Below the pieces are notes generated by a model. The model ran no database searches. It saw nothing but the letters and a program-made list of their open reading frames with translations, and was not told the DNA's origin. Shown here one piece after another: positions 1 to 18,300 of a stretch of 64,000 nucleotides of DNA. Every line of letters begins with the position of its first letter. Positions within the stretch are counted from its first letter, which is position 1. The stretch comes from the human T2T-CHM13v2.0 reference genome, Homo sapiens. Position numbers and translations under genes: made by a program. The stretch lies in NCBI RefSeq assembly GCF_009914755.1, contig NC_060940.1; one strand, given 5' to 3'.

Positions 1-1031
1 AACATGCTGCTTGTCGAACGTGCTGCTTGTCAGCTAGCTTCTCCTCTATGGCCTCTGCAGCAGGTCCTTAAAGGAATGAAACATCTTCATATAATAGAAG
101 AGCTTGGACCAAACTCAAAATTCATTTTGGAAGAAAAAGACATTATGCGGAGAAAAAAAAAAAAGCTCTTTCTGGGGGTGATTTGCAAGGAGTACATGGT
201 ATGAAGGGGCAGCTTGTCCTTTTTCATGGAGGATATAATGGGAATAATAGCAGCTACCACTTACAGCACACTTCCGGAGGCCAGACACCACATTAGGCTC
301 TTTAAATACACTGTCCTGTTTTAGCCTCACAATAACCTTACAAAAAGAGATGACAATTATCCTCATTTTGCACAGGAGGGAACTGAGGCTCAGAGAGGTA
401 TAAGGAAATAAGGAAAGGCCCATGGCCACATGCCTACTTGGTGGTGAAACTGCGGGTTAGCCCTAGGACTGAGGGTGAACGAGTGAATAGACTGTGGATG
501 TGAGTTCTGCTCTTTCTCAAAATCCTGAAACAAGCATGGTTGTTGCACTGTCAAGATTGAAGAGGAAGCCAGCCCAGTGCCTATTGTGGTTAGCCATCCA
601 ATTGACCCATGGATGTGATAAGTCAGCTGAATGTGCACACCCAGCTTGGCAAAGGATCAGCACTCCATTGATGTTACTACCTCTAGAAGGAGGCTGGAAG
701 GAGGGGCAAAGGGAGAGCTCATGCTTACTGAGCACTTACCATATGTCTGGAAACTCGATGTCAAGTCATTCCTTTCTGACAAGTCTGGTCATTCCTTTAT
801 GACTGGTCCTAGGCAAGGTCCGTTTTGTTTATCCATTTTTATTCCCTCTCATGGAAGTCTAACCATATCCCTTGATGGTGTCCACATCTCATTTTGACGG
901 ATGTGAACATTGAGGCTCAGAGAGGTTAAGACACCTATCCCAGGATCACAGAAGGCCTCTGTTTTGTAGGGGTTTTACCTGGGACATGACCCTCATCTCC
1001 CTCACTTCCATGACCGGAATTCTTATCATTC

Positions 1032-1347
<316 letters not shown>

Positions 1348-1487
1348 TGAAACAGTGCTTCAAAGACACTCAAAGTTTCCCCTTGTGCAGTTTGGGGCTC
1401 AGAACAGAGCACACGGTACCTCCACCTTTCCTCAACTCCCACACATTCCAGGTGTCTAGGGTATGTCTCCTTTGGTGGAACTTAACT

Positions 1488-1702
1488 CAGTGGTGTGCTG
1501 GAGCTGACTCATATCAACTCACAAGAGCCAGTTAAGCTTTTGAGAATTTTGTGAGCCAGGTAACATCATGTTGGTGTCTTGAAATTGGCCATGGTGGAAG
1601 TATTTGCACCACAGAAATAGGCAAATGCTACAAACCAGGGCTTTTTTTTTTCTTTTAATTTTGCAGAGATCCAGTTGTTCAATATTTCCCAGCATGCCTC
1701 TG
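1488..1702 (+). mobile_element. hAT MITE, MER63-like
   Basis: Imperfect TIRs CAGTGGTGTGCTGG ... CCAGCATGCCTCTG; internal sequence resembles the recalled MER63 consensus. Confidence 0.65.
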
Positions 1703-1809
1703 GACTTTAGAGAAACAGTTCTGGTTCACCATAAACCCATATATTCATACAATAAATACATATATTGAGCTCCACCTACAATATAATATAATTTGCATTC
1801 ACTAACATG

Positions 1810-2170
1810 TTTGTTCAGCAAACTTTGACTCATGGGCTACTATGTGCCAGGTTCTATGCTAAATATTGGGAATTCAGCAGTGGCAAGATAGACATGGTCC
1901 TTGTCCCCATGGAGCTTTCAATCTAATGAGGGAGTCAGATTTAAACCCCACCCCACAAAAAAGTCATACAATTTGCACTTAGCAGTTAGCCAAGTCAAGT
2001 TGGTGGGATAAAAGCAGGGAGATTCCAGGTAGAGGGAACAGCATGTGCAAAATATTTGTGGCAGGAGGAAACTTGGCATGTTCCAAGAACTGGCCAAGGC
2101 CAGCACAGCTGGAAAGAAAGGAGTAAAGCGGAGAATGGGGCTGGAGAGGGACCCTACCAAGCCTTGTGGG
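1810..2170 (-). mobile_element. L2 3' fragment
   Basis: ctactatgtgccagg...gacatggtccttgtcc...ggagcttt pattern typical of the L2 3' end. Confidence 0.6.
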
Positions 2171-2227
2171 CCATGCTAGGCACTTGTCTTTATTTTTTTA
2201 TCCCCAGCCTCAGTAAGTCTATCAAAA

Positions 2228-2843
<616 letters not shown>

Positions 2844-3476
2844 CTATGAAACTCAGTCTTCATTTCCTCATCAGATCCTCCTACAGAACCTCTCTGGGCC
2901 TCCTCATTGGAAAAATGAAGGCAGAAATGACGATACTAATAACTTCATAGGGTGTGGCTGTGGGAATCAAATGAAGACATAGATGAAAAGCAGTTCGCTC
3001 CACGTCTGGCTTATCTCAAGCCTCAATGAATTGAACTGTTAGGTTTATTTCCCTCCCTCCACAAATGCTCATTCATCCCATTTCCTTTCTTGCTTTCAGT
3101 CCTCACAACTTTTACTGAGTTCCAGGCACTGAGCTGGGTACTAAGAACCAACCAGGAATAAGAGGGACGCAGTGGACCTGAGAGGAGGGGCTGTTCCCAC
3201 CTCCTAATTGCCTGGCTCCAATCATATATTTATATGCAAATTTCTATCGCACCCCACTACTGCAAAGCCCTTGTTCTAGGCAATGTGAATACAAACAACG
3301 CTGGCATGGAATCTGTGGAATGAGACCTCTCTTTCACCATTCACCTCCCGAGGCTAATTTAGGTCCCTGCAGGGGCTTCCCACCTTCCCTTCCTCACGCT
3401 GCTGGACTCTAACTGCGCGTCTCCACATTTGTCCCAGCACCACTGTGAGCCCCTTGAGGGGATGGCCTGTGTCTTA

Positions 3477-3899
<423 letters not shown>

Positions 3900-3936
3900 C
3901 TAAGTGCCCCACCCGGGGAGGGCGCGGGGAGAGCTA

Positions 3937-4521
<585 letters not shown>

Positions 4522-5353
4522 TTAGACCCTGGCTCCTCACCTGCCGGCTCCGACCTGCACGCGCCCCCCGCTCAGCCGCCGTCCACGTTCCCACCCCTCC
4601 AATGCCAGCTCTACCTGCAGACCCCCTCACTCTCACTTGTGCTGTCCGACCTCCACCTCCGCCTTCAGACCCTCCTGGAAGCTCTAGTCCTTCCCCACCA
4701 GCACCTTAACCCACCTCGTCCCTCAGCCCCACTCCACCCTCGGCCCTCCACGCCCAGCCCAAGCGGACTCTCTCACTTCAAAATCCTCACTTTCCCCAGA
4801 CTCCTACTCCCTCCATTCCCCTGCCTCACTCTCCACGAACCCTCCCCACGATCCCAGATGCTCCCCTCTCTGCCTCTGTCTCTGGATTTCCGCCCCAGCC
4901 CTTTTTCTTGGCCCCACACTGCCAGATCCCCACTCCCAGCCCTGCTCTCCAGGGTCTTCCCGCAGCTCCTGCTCTGGCCGGGGCGCAGCTGACCCTCTGA
5001 GCCCTCCTCCTCGCCGAGGAAAAGCTCGGAGTGCGCACGCAGCATGGACGGGGGCGGTCCCCAGCCCTGGAGCGCTGGAGGCTGCCGGTGTGGAAGGGCA
5101 GGCGGCCTTGGGACCACCTGGGGCAGAAAGAAGGAGGGGTGTGGCGGGCCTCACAGTCCCGCCAGGATTTGCAAATCATCTCCAAGAGCCCCTCCAGCTC
5201 CAAGTACCCTTCCTCCAAAATCCACCTTCGAGTGTAGTCTGGGCTGACTAGAATGTGAAAAGGCACATTAATTTTTCATAAAAGTTCTCTAAAGCACTGA
5301 GGTAGTTCAGGTCCTCAGAATCTATCATTTCTACCCCCAAAGTCTTTCTTCAT

Positions 5354-6335
5354 TATCATAGCCACCAGCATTGCCACCATCATCACCACCACCACCATCA
5401 CCATCATCAACATCACCACCAACAACAACACAATCATCACTACCATCACCATCATCATCACCACCATCACCAGCAGCAGCATCACCAACAGCACCACCAT
5501 CACCATCATCATCATCACCAACAACAACACCGTCATCACTACCATCACCATCATCATCATCACCACCATCATCACCAGCAGCAGCATCACCAACACCACC
5601 ACCATCACCATCATCATCATCACCACCACCACCATCACCATCACCACGGACAACACCACCATCACCACCATCACCATCATCACCACCAACACCGCCATCA
5701 TCACTACCATCACCACATCATCTTCACCACCATCACCACCACCACCACCACCATCACCACCATCACCACCACCACCATCATCGCTATCACCACCATTGCC
5801 ATCGTCATCACCATCATCATCACCACCACCATCACCACCACCACCACCATCACCATCACCATGGACAACACCACCATCACCACCATCACCATCACCACCA
5901 CCATCACCACCACCATCACCATCACCACAGACAACACCACCATCACCACCATCACCACCACCACCACCATCACCACCATCACCACCATCACCACCACCAC
6001 CATCATCACTATCACCACCATTGCCATCGTCATCACCATCATCATCACCACCACCATCACCACCAACCACCACCATCACCACCAACCATTACCACCACCA
6101 TCATCACCACCATCACCATCATCATCACCACCATCATCACCACCATTACCACTATCACCACCATCATCATCACCACCATCATCACCACCATTACCACTAT
6201 CACCACCACGGTCATTACCATCACCACCACCATGACCATCACCATCATCATCACTACCACCACCAGCACCAGCACCACTCTCCTCTTTATCATCACCATC
6301 ACTCTTATCAATTCCACCATCTTCTTCACCACCAT
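5354..6335. repeat. Imperfect (CAC/CAT)n = (GGT/GAT)n trinucleotide tract, ~1 kb
   Basis: Directly visible; produces stop-free poly-H/T/P/G/V ORFs in several frames. Confidence 0.97.
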
Positions 6336-7954
6336 AAAACCTTTTACTCCTTCAAGAAATACTTCCGGTACCTTCTATGTGTCTGATGCTATAGTCTATG
6401 TTAAGAATATAGGCATGAACAATCCAAAAACAAGTCCTGCCCTTAAGAAATATAGGATTCAGGCTTCCCAGACTTTTACAAAGTAGGGGACACAGAGAAA
6501 ATACCTATATTTGCATGGCTCATTAACAGAAGAGGCTTCCAGATACTGGGGATGACCAATCCTCAGGAGTTACAGCTACTAAAGACCCCTCAATGCTGAC
6601 CTTATGGCTGAGGAATCAAAATCTTGGCACTCCTGTGATCCATTCGTAAGGGACCATTGTATCAAGGTCCAAAAGTTGGTAAGTGCTGGTCAGGTTGGAA
6701 GAGAATCATCAAAGCGTGCTTACGACAGGGTGCTATGAGAGAAAGTATCAGAGGGGAGATCTCACTGGGCTTCTCTGAGGAAGTGACATTGATGCTGAGA
6801 CATGAAAGTTATAAAAGTATCCGTGTCTAGAGAATGGCTTATAGAGGGGTTTGGTCCATTCTAGAGAAATCGAAAGAAGGGCCATCAGGCTAGAATGTAG
6901 TAAGGGAAGAGCAACCAGAGGGAAATGAGATTGAGGGTATAATAATTTGTCAGGTCATGCAGCTCTTGAGATCCATGATAAAGAGTTCAATTTTAGTCCA
7001 AACCACTGAACCGTTTTCAGCACAAAAGTAAAATGTTCTAACTTACGTATTAAAAAAATCTCACTATGCTTGCTGTAGTGTGGAATATAGAATATAGAGA
7101 GACAAGAAAGGGAACAAGAAGGCCACTTAGGAGGACATCGTAGAAGAAGAAGCAAGATCCTGCTGACTTGGGCTAGGGTGGGGGCAGCAGCGAGCAGAGA
7201 GTGAAGTGGATAGAGTTTTTAAAAGTTGAGGGAGTAGAATTGTTAGGGCTCGGTGATAGGCTGGGGTTGAGAGTTATCCTTTCCCTTTATTCTTCCTTCC
7301 CAATACCACCTTAATCTACATCACTGTCATCCTCATCTTCATTATCAAGGGCATCAGCACCCTGGCAGAGCTATCACCAGCAAGAATACACTCTCCCTTG
7401 ATTCTGCAGACCATTCTGTTTCATCACCCCGCCACCACTATCTTGATGAAGATAGATCTTTTCCAAAACCATCATCACTGATAATTTTGCTGTCACCTCC
7501 ATCACACTACTACTGTTATCTTTACTTCCACCATCATTAAAATAGTCCTCACCGTCGACTTGAGAGATGTAGGTAAAATTCAGTTGAGGCTGATCCCAGG
7601 AGCCCTTACAATGTCTTTGAGATTCAATCTCTTCCCTCTTCCTCTTCTTCTTGCCACCTCTCAGTTGTTTTCCTCTTGCTTGACTTCATTTTTCAAGCAG
7701 GCTCTCATTTGTTCAATCATAGGAGCCAGTTTCACAGCTTAGCAGCTCCAAGAAAAAGAAATAATCTCTCTCTCAATAGTGCCAGATCCCCAGAATTAAA
7801 TCTCATTGGCCTGTTTTTGGTCATGTGCCCGTCTCTGAATCAATCTCTATCATTCAAAGGGACCAGATGTGCTAATTGGCCAAGCCTCAGTCACCCGTCT
7901 ACTCTTGGAGCCAGAGTGGGAGAAGTCAGACCCACCCTAAATATTTGAGTCCAA

Positions 7955-8395
7955 CTATGATAGCAAAGATATAGAATCAACCTAAATGCCCATCAATGGT
8001 AGATTGGATAAAGAAAATGTGGTAGGCTATACCATGGAATACTATGCTGCCATAAAAAAGAACAAGATTATGTCCTTTGCAGGAACATGGATGGAGCTGG
8101 AGGCCATTATCCTTAGCAAATTAACACCGGAACAGAAAACCAAATATTGCATGTTTTCACTTACAAGTGGGAGCTAAATGATAAGAACACATGGACACAT
8201 AGAGGGGAGCAACAAACACTGGGGCCTACCTGAAGGTGGAGAGTGGGAGGAGGGAGAGGATCAGAAAAAAAAATAACTAATAGATACTAGGCTTAATACT
8301 GGGTGATGAAATACTCTGTATAACAAACCCCTGTAACATGAGTTTATCTACATAACACACCTGCACATGTACCCTTGAATTTAAAATAAAAGTTT
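7955..8395 (+). mobile_element. L1 (L1PA/PB) 3' end fragment
   Basis: ORF2 C-terminal remnant (YTMEYYAAIKKNKIMSFAGTWMELEAIILS) followed by L1 3'UTR and an AATAAA/A-rich end. Confidence 0.9.
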
Positions 8396-8426
8396 ATTTT
8401 AAGCCATTTGAGCTGAAATACATTAC

Positions 8427-8598
8427 GATTGCTAAATGTGGCAAATAAAAATATAGGAAATCCAGTTAAATTTTAATTTTAAATAAATGGTGAATTATTT
8501 TTCAGTGTATGTCCCATGCAATACTTGAGGTATACTAGAAAAACTTCGTGTTGTTTATCTGAAGTTAAAATTTAACCAGATGTATCCAGCAAACCTAG
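8427..8598. mobile_element. Palindromic MITE, MER53-like
   Basis: Inverted arms CCAGTTAAATTT (8462) / AAATTTAACCAG (8568) around GTATGTCCCATGCAATA; resembles the recalled MER53 consensus. Confidence 0.7.
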
Positions 8599-9132
8599 CT
8601 GGCTCCCACAAGAAAAAGCGAGGTGCCATTATGAGAACCAAGAGAATGGACAATGGCAGGCCAAAACAGGGGATGCCCCCTGCACCCACCATGGGCCTGT
8701 CCCTTCACTGGGTCCCACGTTCCTCATCTATACAAGGAGACCTTCTTCCAGGCTCCTAGGCAAAGATAACCTTATAGGTTTCGAAATTGTATTTTCCCTG
8801 AGGGTTTTAATGTACTCCACCTAAATCATGCTCAGTCACTCTAAAAGGAACAGAAAGTAATTTTTTTTTATGATTCTGGGGAGGAGAGGAGCACGTCAAA
8901 CATCACGTAATATCATTACTCAGCCAGTCAACTGAAGAAGCATGATAAAACCTGAAATCTCCCAAGGCCAGATCCAAACAAGCCACGGCATTTAAGATTA
9001 AGGCTACACCAGGCACCGTGCTATCTCACTACAGCATGGGGGAGCACAACGTTCATCAGGGATTGCAGAGGCTGGTTTTGAGTCTTAAATCAGCATCTGA
9101 CAGCTGTCTGAGCCCAGAGAAGTTATCTATTA

Positions 9133-10410
<1,278 letters not shown>

Positions 10411-10869
10411 AGCATCCACCCCAGGTCATTGCCACACCCACAAAGTCCTCACAACTATTCAATCAGAGAGATTATGCATGCCCATTTTACAGATGCAAAA
10501 GCTGAGGTTCAGAGTCTGAGCAACTTGCCCAAGGTCAATAACTTTGCAGAGATGGAATAACTGTCTGACTCAACAGATGACCACCCATGAGTGCCCTGAG
10601 AACTGAACTGTTAATCTCCTTCTCGATCTCAGGGCATTACCTCCTCAGGAGACAGAGCTATCATCTCCTCTGTTGCCTTCACAGAAATATGGAAGCCATT
10701 CAGTGCTCTTCTCACCCGAAAGGCCCACAACCAAGACATCACCAACTCCTATCAGTTCTACTTCCAAAATGTATTATGCATCTGCAACTCTCCATCTTCA
10801 CACTTATGTCATTAATACCAACCATGATTGTTTCTTGCCTGGATGCTATAAAACCTCCTACCTGGTTAT

Positions 10870-11435
10870 AACCAACTGTCATTTCCAAACATGGTAGCAA
10901 CAATATTGCCCATGCCACAGGCTCTTCTCCAGTGGACTTTGCCACTCTCCAGCAAAATGATGACTGTACTTCTCCACTGCCTCAAAGCTGAGGAGGCCTG
11001 TGCTTGTTTTCACCAATAGAATTTGGCAGAAGGGATGCTGGGCCAGTTCCAGACACCACCCTTAACTGGCCTAGGAGCCTCCATTTTCAATCTCTTGGAA
11101 GTTGGCAACCATATAAGGATGGAAATTCCTGGAGACCACCCTTCTGTGAGAAGCCCAGGCCATGAGGAAAGGCTGGAGGATGAGATGCCAGAGAGTGGGT
11201 GGGTGGGACCAGGAAACACCAAGGTGCCAGGCTTTTGAGTGGAGAAGCCATCTTGGAAGTAGACCCTCCAGCTCCAGCAGCTCCATCTGCTGCCACATGG
11301 ATTAGAGATGAACCACCCAGCTGAGCCCTTCCTGAATTCCTAAACCAGAAAAGCATTAACAAAATAAAACAGTTGTTTTCAGCCAGAGAATTGGGGTGTA
11401 GCTTGTTACACAGCTATTGATAACTTGAACACTGG
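10870..11435 (+). mobile_element. MLT1 (ERVL-MaLR) LTR
   Basis: Typical MLT1 3' motifs: cttcctgaattcctaa...aataaaacagttgttttcagcca...gcttgttacacagctattgataac. Confidence 0.65.
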
Positions 11436-11617
11436 TGTCCCTGCGTCTGCTGTTGTCTGCCATTGCCACACTGCCACTATGACCATCCATTCTTACAAGA
11501 GCCTGCATGGTCATCATGAAACACAACTCAGAACATGTCATTCCTTTTCCCACAGCTCCTTTATGGCTTCGCATTTGCTAAGGCAATCCTACCTGAGGCC
11601 TGTCCCCACTCCCAGCC

Positions 11618-12311
11618 TGTGTTACTTCAGGTCTTCTAAGAAGCAGACACAGACAGGGTTAGATCTACAAGGCTTTCTTTCACTAGGAGAAATACCAGTG
11701 TGAAAGGGAATAGAGTGGAGGATAAATAGCCCCCAGTGATCTCACCCATTAGGGCAGGGGAAAGCTCTGAGCATGTTCTACTCTGGATCCCAGAGGTTCC
11801 CAGGGAGACTGAGTTGCAGCTCCCCAAAGTGGTGACCTGCTCAATAGCACATCTTATATTGATTTCCTTTTCTTCTCCCTCCTGCATCTCAATTCCCCAC
11901 TCCTGTACCAGGGCATCCTAGGATAACCCTCCAAATAAAATTACTTGCCCTCGGCCAGGCATGGTAGCTCATGCCTGTAATTCCACCACTTTGGGAGGCC
12001 AAGGCAGGTGGATCACTTGAGGCCAGGAGTTCGAGAATGGCCTAGCCAACATGACAAAACCCCATCTCTACAAAAAATTAGCTGGGTGTGGTGGCACATG
12101 CCTGTAGTCTCAGCTACTCCGGAGGGAGGCTAAGGCAGAAGAATCGCTTGAATCTGGGAGGTGGAGATTGCAGTGAGCCAAGACCAAGCCACTGCACCAT
12201 AGCCTGGGTGACACAGCGAGACTCCATCTCAAAAAAAAAAAAAAAAAAAAAAATTACTTGCCCTTAAATCCTTATCTCAGGGTCTACTTCCAAAAAACCC
12301 AACCTAAGACC
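11618..12311 (+). mobile_element. LTR16-like ERVL LTR interrupted by AluS (11953-12253)
   Basis: LTR end ctcagggtctacttcc...acccaacctaagac; Alu flanked by TSD AAATTACTTGCCCT. Confidence 0.7.
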
Positions 12312-13965
12312 TGTTATCTAGCACTCTTACACCTTCAAAGAGACCTTCCTAATAGTAATTAAGGAATACTTAACAATGAAGTTATTTGCTAGCTACGTGT
12401 CTGCTCCTTTGGACTATAAACCTCATTCAGGCAATATGCTAGATACTATAGGATGGCTCACTCAACACCATTCAGATTCACTTCCCTTTCACATTTCTAG
12501 ATCCGTTCCAGCCAGTAGTGGCCATGTGACATAATTCAGACCAATCAGATAGACACAGAGTCTATTGGGAATGGCTCCCCCAAGCAAAACGACAAGGCCT
12601 TGGGAGAAGGCTTTTTGTCCATCTGGAATGTAAATGTGATGTCTAGAAGTGCAGCAGCTATTTTGCAAACACGAGGATAAACCATCCGTGATGGCAAAAA
12701 CAGAAAGCGGCAGAGACTTGAGCACCCAATAGTATCATTGAACTTTGCAACTCTCCATTGACTGAACATATGAACACCCAATAGTATCATTGCCCCATCT
12801 TTGATTTGCCTACCTCCAGAATTCTTGTTACAAGATAAAAATGAACCCTTATCTATTAAGCCATTAACTTAGAGTTGTCTGCTATTTGCAACGGAATGCA
12901 TTGTGAATTGATGCAGACAGGGATTGCATTGGTGCTATCCAATGGGCATCATTGGCTTCGGGGTTAGTATGTGACACACAGTATGTGTGTAATAGAAATT
13001 TGTTGATTTAATAAACGAATCCTGCAAAAAGTCTCTTCTTGCAAGCACAGAGCTTATTTTGTGGGGCTGTAAGGAACTGTAAGGAACCAGCTGAAGGCTT
13101 TAGAAATATAGCTGGGATGTGGTACAGTTATTAAGATTGCTGCACTAGAGAGAAATGCCTCCTCTCTGTATTAAGTTTCATGAAGTCATGATGTTCTGCT
13201 GGTGAACTGGACTCCCTGGACCTGACCTGTGCATAACCATTTAAGTGTAAAGCCTTTATCCGTCCATTAAGGACATCTAGAAGAGCTAGCTGCCACTCTC
13301 CATACCCTAGGTGATGTAATTAGCTTAAAATGAAAAGAGATCAGTAACCCACTGGTCTAATTTTGCCATTACCCACCTGGCATAACACCAAGAGATTAAA
13401 GCCTGGCTCTGAGCTCTCTTTCTTTGGGGAAACTTCTTCCCAAATTGGAATAAAAATCCTCAACCAGAGAGAAGCTTCTTTCAGGTATCACACAGCCGAA
13501 GGGAAAGAATTTAGACCAGGAACCAGGACAGCTGGGTTCCAGCACCAGCTCTGCCACTAGCCTGCTGAAAGGTCCTGATCTGGTTACTTCTCCTTTCTGG
13601 GCCTCAGTTTCCTCATCTGTAAGAGGGGCTAGTAAAAGCCCTTCTCTAGGAATCTATTCCAGTGATAGCTGATATGTGCTGGATTGTGACAATGGGGCAG
13701 GCACATCAGGCACATTCCTGTTTGAAGCTTCACATCAATTTTGGGAGAAAAGTATGCCTAATGCAACCATGTTACAGATAGAAACACCAAGGCTCAGAGA
13801 GGTTGAGTAAGTGAATCAATATCACACAGCTATTAAGTACAGGATCCAGGATTCAAACACAAGCTTGTCTAACTTCAAAGCCATGCTTTGAATGTGGGAT
13901 TGGTTTCATGCATTTCGGTAAAAGAGCATAAAGCAAGACTAACATGTAAGAGATACTCAGTCCAT

Positions 13966-14740
<775 letters not shown>

Positions 14741-16214
14741 AGACATAAAGACAATCCTGACTGTGAGATTATAAGGACATGACTTGGAATCACTCATGCC
14801 AAGTCCTGAGCAGAGTCTCAGGCAGCCCATAAAAACAGCTAGTAAACATTAGCTCCAGCTATTAGCTCAAGTCCCTCTCCTACGAAACGCCATACGGCAG
14901 CTCAGAGTTTGACCCAGCAAGGTCACACAGCTAATAAGGCATGGACTTGGCATTTAAACACAGGCCTAGCTCCAAATTCAAGGCTGTTGTTGCTACCCGG
15001 GTATTAATCTGAACGATTAGGTCTGACACCTTCTTCTGTGTCCAGTGCCACAGACAGCAGACAGCCTACCCATCTCCTCCACGCTGAAAGCATTTGCAGT
15101 TTGCCAGGAGTCAGCATCTCTACAGATTGTTAAAGCCAGAATTGCCACATCAACGCCCAGCGTCAGCCTCCAGCCAGCTCCGCCCACCCCTGCACGCCCT
15201 CCGTGGCCAGGGCATACAAAGGCTATGCTAGAAATTCACTGACAGAGATTCTGAACATCACAGGGGATGGTGGGTGTGGGGACAGGAGTCAGCCAGGTGT
15301 CCTCAATCATGTTGCCTTGAAACTGCTTGCTGCTGTGGCCACTGGCACCCCACTCCCCCAGCCCAGGCCTGCAATGACAGCCTTTGAGAGACAGATTTTG
15401 TCCTTCTCCCTACTGTTGCTTGGTGGGGATCCAGGAAGGGGCCAAGCACTAGAACCACAGAGCTGGGAGAACCCTTAGCATCTGCCCATCATATTACAGA
15501 GAAGAAAAGTGAGACCCAGAAAAGAAATAGAACAGTTACTCAAGCCCTCACCAAAGACAAGAAGAAAGGTTTCTTGGTTCAGCCCAGCCACGGCCTTCCT
15601 CCAGAGCCCATTATGCTGACTGTAGACCCCACACCTCCTCTGATAGAAACAATATCTGCCTCCCAGGATTGTTGGGTTCATGAAAGATGATGGCTGCAAC
15701 CAGTGTCTGACACATAGCAGGCATTCACGTCTAGTAAGTGGTGCTGTTGTGATGACTATCACTGTTGTCAACCCCAATATTGTCATTGCACCATCATCAT
15801 CGTCACCTTCATTCCTGAGCTCCTCTCATCCTGTTCCCTCTTGTTCAGGCCTACGTAAGTCAGACATAAACGTCTAAAAATCTGTCCATGTATTTAAAGC
15901 ACTTCTTTATTGAGCAACTACTATACGCCAGGCACTAAGGATACAACAGGAATAGGACAAGGTCTTCTGCGTCCTCCAGGGAGCTCACAGTGTCCTGCAG
16001 AGAACAGAAAAGGAAAGAAATACATGTAACAATGTGTCACACCTGTAGTCCTAAAAATAAGTCAAAATAATACAATTTAATGATAACCACCATTTGCTGA
16101 GTGCTGAAATAAAAAAGGGCTTCCCATGCCAGGGTGTTCACATAGCCCCCACTCCTGCCTTCATCCCAGTGACTTTCCCCCATAACCTGTGAGATTTCAT
16201 CTTTACAGCAACCC

Positions 16215-16692
16215 TATATTAGTTTCTCATGGCTGCTGTGTCAGATTATCACACATTTTGTGGCTTAAAACAACACAAATGTATTCTTAGAATTCTAGAG
16301 CTTGGGAGTCTGAAATCAGTCTCCCTGGGCTAAAGTGAAGGTGTGGGGAGGGCTCTGCTTCATCTGGAGGCTCCAGGGGAGAAATCATTTCCTTGCCATT
16401 TCTGGCTTTTAGAGGCCACCTGCATTCCTTGGCTTGCGGCTCCTCCCTCATCTGCAAAGCTGACCTCTGCTTCCACCCTTCCATCTTCTCTTTCTGACCC
16501 TCTTACCTGCCTCTTAGAAGGTACCTTGTGATCACACCAAGCCCACCTAGTTAGTCCAGAATAATTTCCCCACCTCAAGATCCTTAACTCAATCCCACCT
16601 TAAAGTCACATTGCCATGTGAGGTAACAGAGTCACAGGTTTGGGGGATTAAAATGTGGACATCTTTGGTGGGCCATGACTGTGCCTTCCACA
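16215..16692 (-). mobile_element. MLT1B/C-like MaLR LTR
   Basis: tattagtttctc.tggctgctgt...ggcttaaaacaacac...ggggattaaaatgtggacatcttt motifs. Confidence 0.75.
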
Positions 16693-17244
16693 AACCCTAA
16701 TAAGGTAGGGACTCTCGATCACTCCTGCACTAGAGATGAGGAAACCGAGGCCTAGAGAGATAATGTGGCATGCAAAGTCACAAAAGCAGCAGGGATTGGA
16801 AACCAGGTTTATCTGAGCTGTGAGAGTTGGGTCTGGTTTCCACTGTGCTACAAAAGGCAATGCAGAAGTCAAGAGCAGGCCAGAGAAGAAGGCTTCCAGG
16901 AAGACAGGGACCCGAGGCAAGTTCTGTAAGATAAACAGGGCATTCCAGGGTGGCAGTGCCACACTCTGGCTCTCCAGAGTGACATCTATGCATGCGACGT
17001 CCCCAAAACACACCAGGCCAGGTTCCCCTGTAATTCCATAATGTCAAGGCAAAAATAGTAGCTTCAGTAAGGGCTTCAACAGTTCAGCTGGTGATCTCCA
17101 TTCCGGAATTCATTTTAATGTTTGGGACCTTTCTTGAAGATCAGTCTCCTGTCTGAAAACTGGGCATTATTAATGCCTGTTAATCCAAGCACATTAGCCA
17201 TCCTCCTCTACCTGCTTTCTTTCTTCTCCCTGACCCTGGAGAGG

Positions 17245-18300
<1,056 letters not shown>

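Noticed and set aside
5315-6486. Long ORFs (371, 256, 196 aa) encoding poly-His/Thr/Pro/Gly/Val
   Set aside because: By-products of a stop-free triplet repeat open in many frames on both strands; no splice or domain evidence.
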